Part shown: positions 61,826 to 64,000 of the stretch, piece after piece | Numbering within the stretch: position 1 is the first letter of the stretch | Layout of the letters: each line of letters begins with the position of its first letter | Assembly: GCF_964194155.1 (NCBI RefSeq) | Contig: NC_135883.1 | Span: forward strand, 136,648,001 to 136,712,000 | Origin: Cetorhinus maximus | Lineage: Eukaryota | DNA: 64,000 nucleotides | Reading direction: 5' to 3' | The notes under the pieces: generated by a model | Told to the model about the DNA's origin: nothing | The model's input: the letters and a program-made list of their open reading frames with translations, nothing else | The model's database searches: none | Program-made: the position numbers and the translations under genes

Positions 61826-62490
61826 TGCTCTTCTTGCTGGTTCCCTTACTACAGCTGGGTGCCTTCCTGCTCTGGGGCCTTTAAGATTATATCTCGTTGC
61901 AAAGTCATGCTCTGTAGCATTCAGCAAATTACAACAATCTTTGATGACTTAGCTAGGCTGTAATGCAGGATGTCCTAATAATTGTCTAAGCATCCCATGG
62001 CCACTTCAACATGGATGCAGCAGCACATTGTACCTCGTCAGCTAGTTCCCTTGAACACTACATAATAGCCACGGCTATAAAAAGTAGCCTTGGTTGCCCA
62101 GGAGCCTTGCTGAGGCTGGCGAGTCAACTATGGGTGGGACAATGGGCTACCTTAAAATAAAAGCATTGCAGGAATAGGAATGAGCACTGACATTCATAGT
62201 CTCCTGCTGTTGGTTATAAACAAGCTGAATATTCACAGAGTGGAGTCCTTTATGATGTATGTACAATATAGCATTGTATAATGGAACACGCAGGTCCACT
62301 GGGTGCAATCCACAACCCTCAGAGATTTAGGAAGCTTATCATTGTGTAAAATTGTCCTCTCATGTCACTGTCATAGAGAAAGGAATCAAGATGCTTATTT
62401 GAATGAACAAGATATTAGTTATTGCTATTACACTCAAAGGAAAGCTGATGGCTTAAGTTCCTGATATCCCTACTAATGTTAAGGTCTGGC

Positions 62491-62793
62491 TAAGGCTGCC
62501 AACTCTGGAAGAGCTTGATCCTGGAGGTTTCATCACATGGCCTTCCTACTTCAATTGCCCTGCCCAGAAAAGCAGCCTTCTGCCCCAGTGCAACCCACCC
62601 CACCACCACCCACCACCCCCTACCACCCACATCTCCAATATTTTTATAACTAAGAAACTTAACTATTGAAAGAAATCACAGAATTCTTTAAAGTCCCATT
62701 GATTTTTCTCCTGAGTTACTCAGAGCAATGTCCTGAAGATTCATCTTTTATTCCTGGAGATTTCTGGGCAACCCTGGAGGATTGGCAACCCTG
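62491..62793. mobile_element. hAT-type MITE (inverted relative to the 38157 copy)
   Basis: TAAGGCTGCCAAC / ATTGGCAACCCTG ends; homologous to the reverse complement of 38157-38507. Confidence 0.7.
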
Positions 62794-62881
62794 CAACTGG
62801 TGAGGTAAAAATGGTCCTGAAACATAACAGTTAGCAGTGCTTGTGCCCATGAGCAGCCAGTTTTGATGTCCTGTCTGTGGA

Positions 62882-63357
62882 GAGGCTGATTCCTGGGATG
62901 AAGGGGTTGTTGTGAGGAAAGATTGAGCAAGCTGGACCTACAATTCTTGGGAGTTTAAAAGAATGAGAGGTGATTTTACAGAAACAGATACGATTCTGAG
63001 GGGGCTTGACAGGGTAGATGCTGACAGGATATTTCCTCTTGTGGGGGGAATCTAGGGGGCACAGTTTAAAAATAAGGGGGCTTCCATTTAAGACGGAGAT
63101 GGGGAGGAACTCCGTCTCTCAGAGGGCCATTAGTCCTTGGAATTCTTTTCCCCAGAGATCAGTGGAGGCTGAGTTATTGAATATATTCAAGGCTGAGTTA
63201 GACAGATTTTTGATCGACAAGGGTTGTGGGGGCTGGCAGGGAAGTGGTGTGAAGGCCACCATCGGATCAGCCATGATCTTACTGAATGGCGGAGTAGACT
63301 CGATGGACCGAATGGCCTACTTTTACTCCGATTTCATTTGATCTTATGATCTTATGA
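62882..63357 (+). mobile_element. CR1 LINE 3' fragment
   Basis: SRGHSLKIRG..FKTEM.RN..SQR....WNS.PQ; tail GAATGGCCTAC...TGATCTTATGATCTTATG. Confidence 0.9.
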
Positions 63358-64000
63358 TCAATTTTAAATGGCCCAGTAGAGGGTTCAGCGATGTGCACAA
63401 GGGAACACTGGCAATTTGCATGAAGAATCCAACTACATTCTTCTAATCTGGTCACATTATGAAGGAAACCTGCCAGGCAGCTTCCTTTTCCAATGTGAAA
63501 TCTGGCTGCAAAGTGGGATGTGATGCCAAGGGGCAAGGAACCAGCACAATGGACCACTGCCAATTCTTCTGATCATTTACATTCACTTTTTCTCCATTCA
63601 CCAGGAATAATCCCTCAGATTATTCCCTCATTCCCTCATAATGATGCACATGCAGAAAAGGACAATGTGACAGTGAGTCACTAAATCTCTGTCTGTTTTC
63701 AGTGATAGCCTAATACATGATGCATTTTCATGGCTAAACTGCCCTCTGAAGTGGCCTACCAAGCCACTCTTTTCCATTAAACTGCTAATAGCACAAAAAA
63801 AGATAAATTCCCTGGAACACTGAAACATAAATTGGTTCCTAACCATGCATGCCTACAAGTTCTTCTACACTTAATGTTAACTTATGAACTTATTAATGTC
63901 GGGACCTGGAAAAATGTATTAATTTTGCTTCCAATTTCCACCCCTCCATCATTTTCACATGGTTCATCTCTGACACTTCCCTTCCCTTCCTTGACCTCTC

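Overview
Eukaryotic, repeat-dominated vertebrate DNA. The mix of repeat families strongly suggests a cartilaginous fish (shark). I found no intact protein-coding gene that I can name. The window holds these elements: (1) decayed PIF/Harbinger DNA transposons, carrying a HARBI1-type DDE transposase and a spliced Myb/SANT-like gene in convergent orientation, plus their MITEs; (2) two LINE families, namely many CR1 3' fragments and a CR1/L2-group LINE with one near-full-length 3.1-kb copy; (3) Penelope-like elements (GIY-YIG) with target-site duplications (TSDs) and hammerhead-ribozyme-like motifs; (4) DeuSINE-type tRNA SINEs; (5) a solo LTR; (6) hAT MITEs; (7) two minisatellites (18-bp and 26-bp units), which generate most of the long ORFs. 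A few minus-strand exon-like segments may belong to an unidentified host transcript. The most interesting observations are a LINE that appears to lack ORF1 and starts with a tRNA/SINE-like head, Penelope mini-insertions whose hammerhead cores have a non-canonical position 6, a 60-bp locally templated insertion inside a MITE, and CpG-rich MITEs carrying YY1/NRF1-like motifs and hairpins. All family assignments are by recognition, not database search. Boundaries without a stated TSD or terminal inverted repeat (TIR) are approximate.
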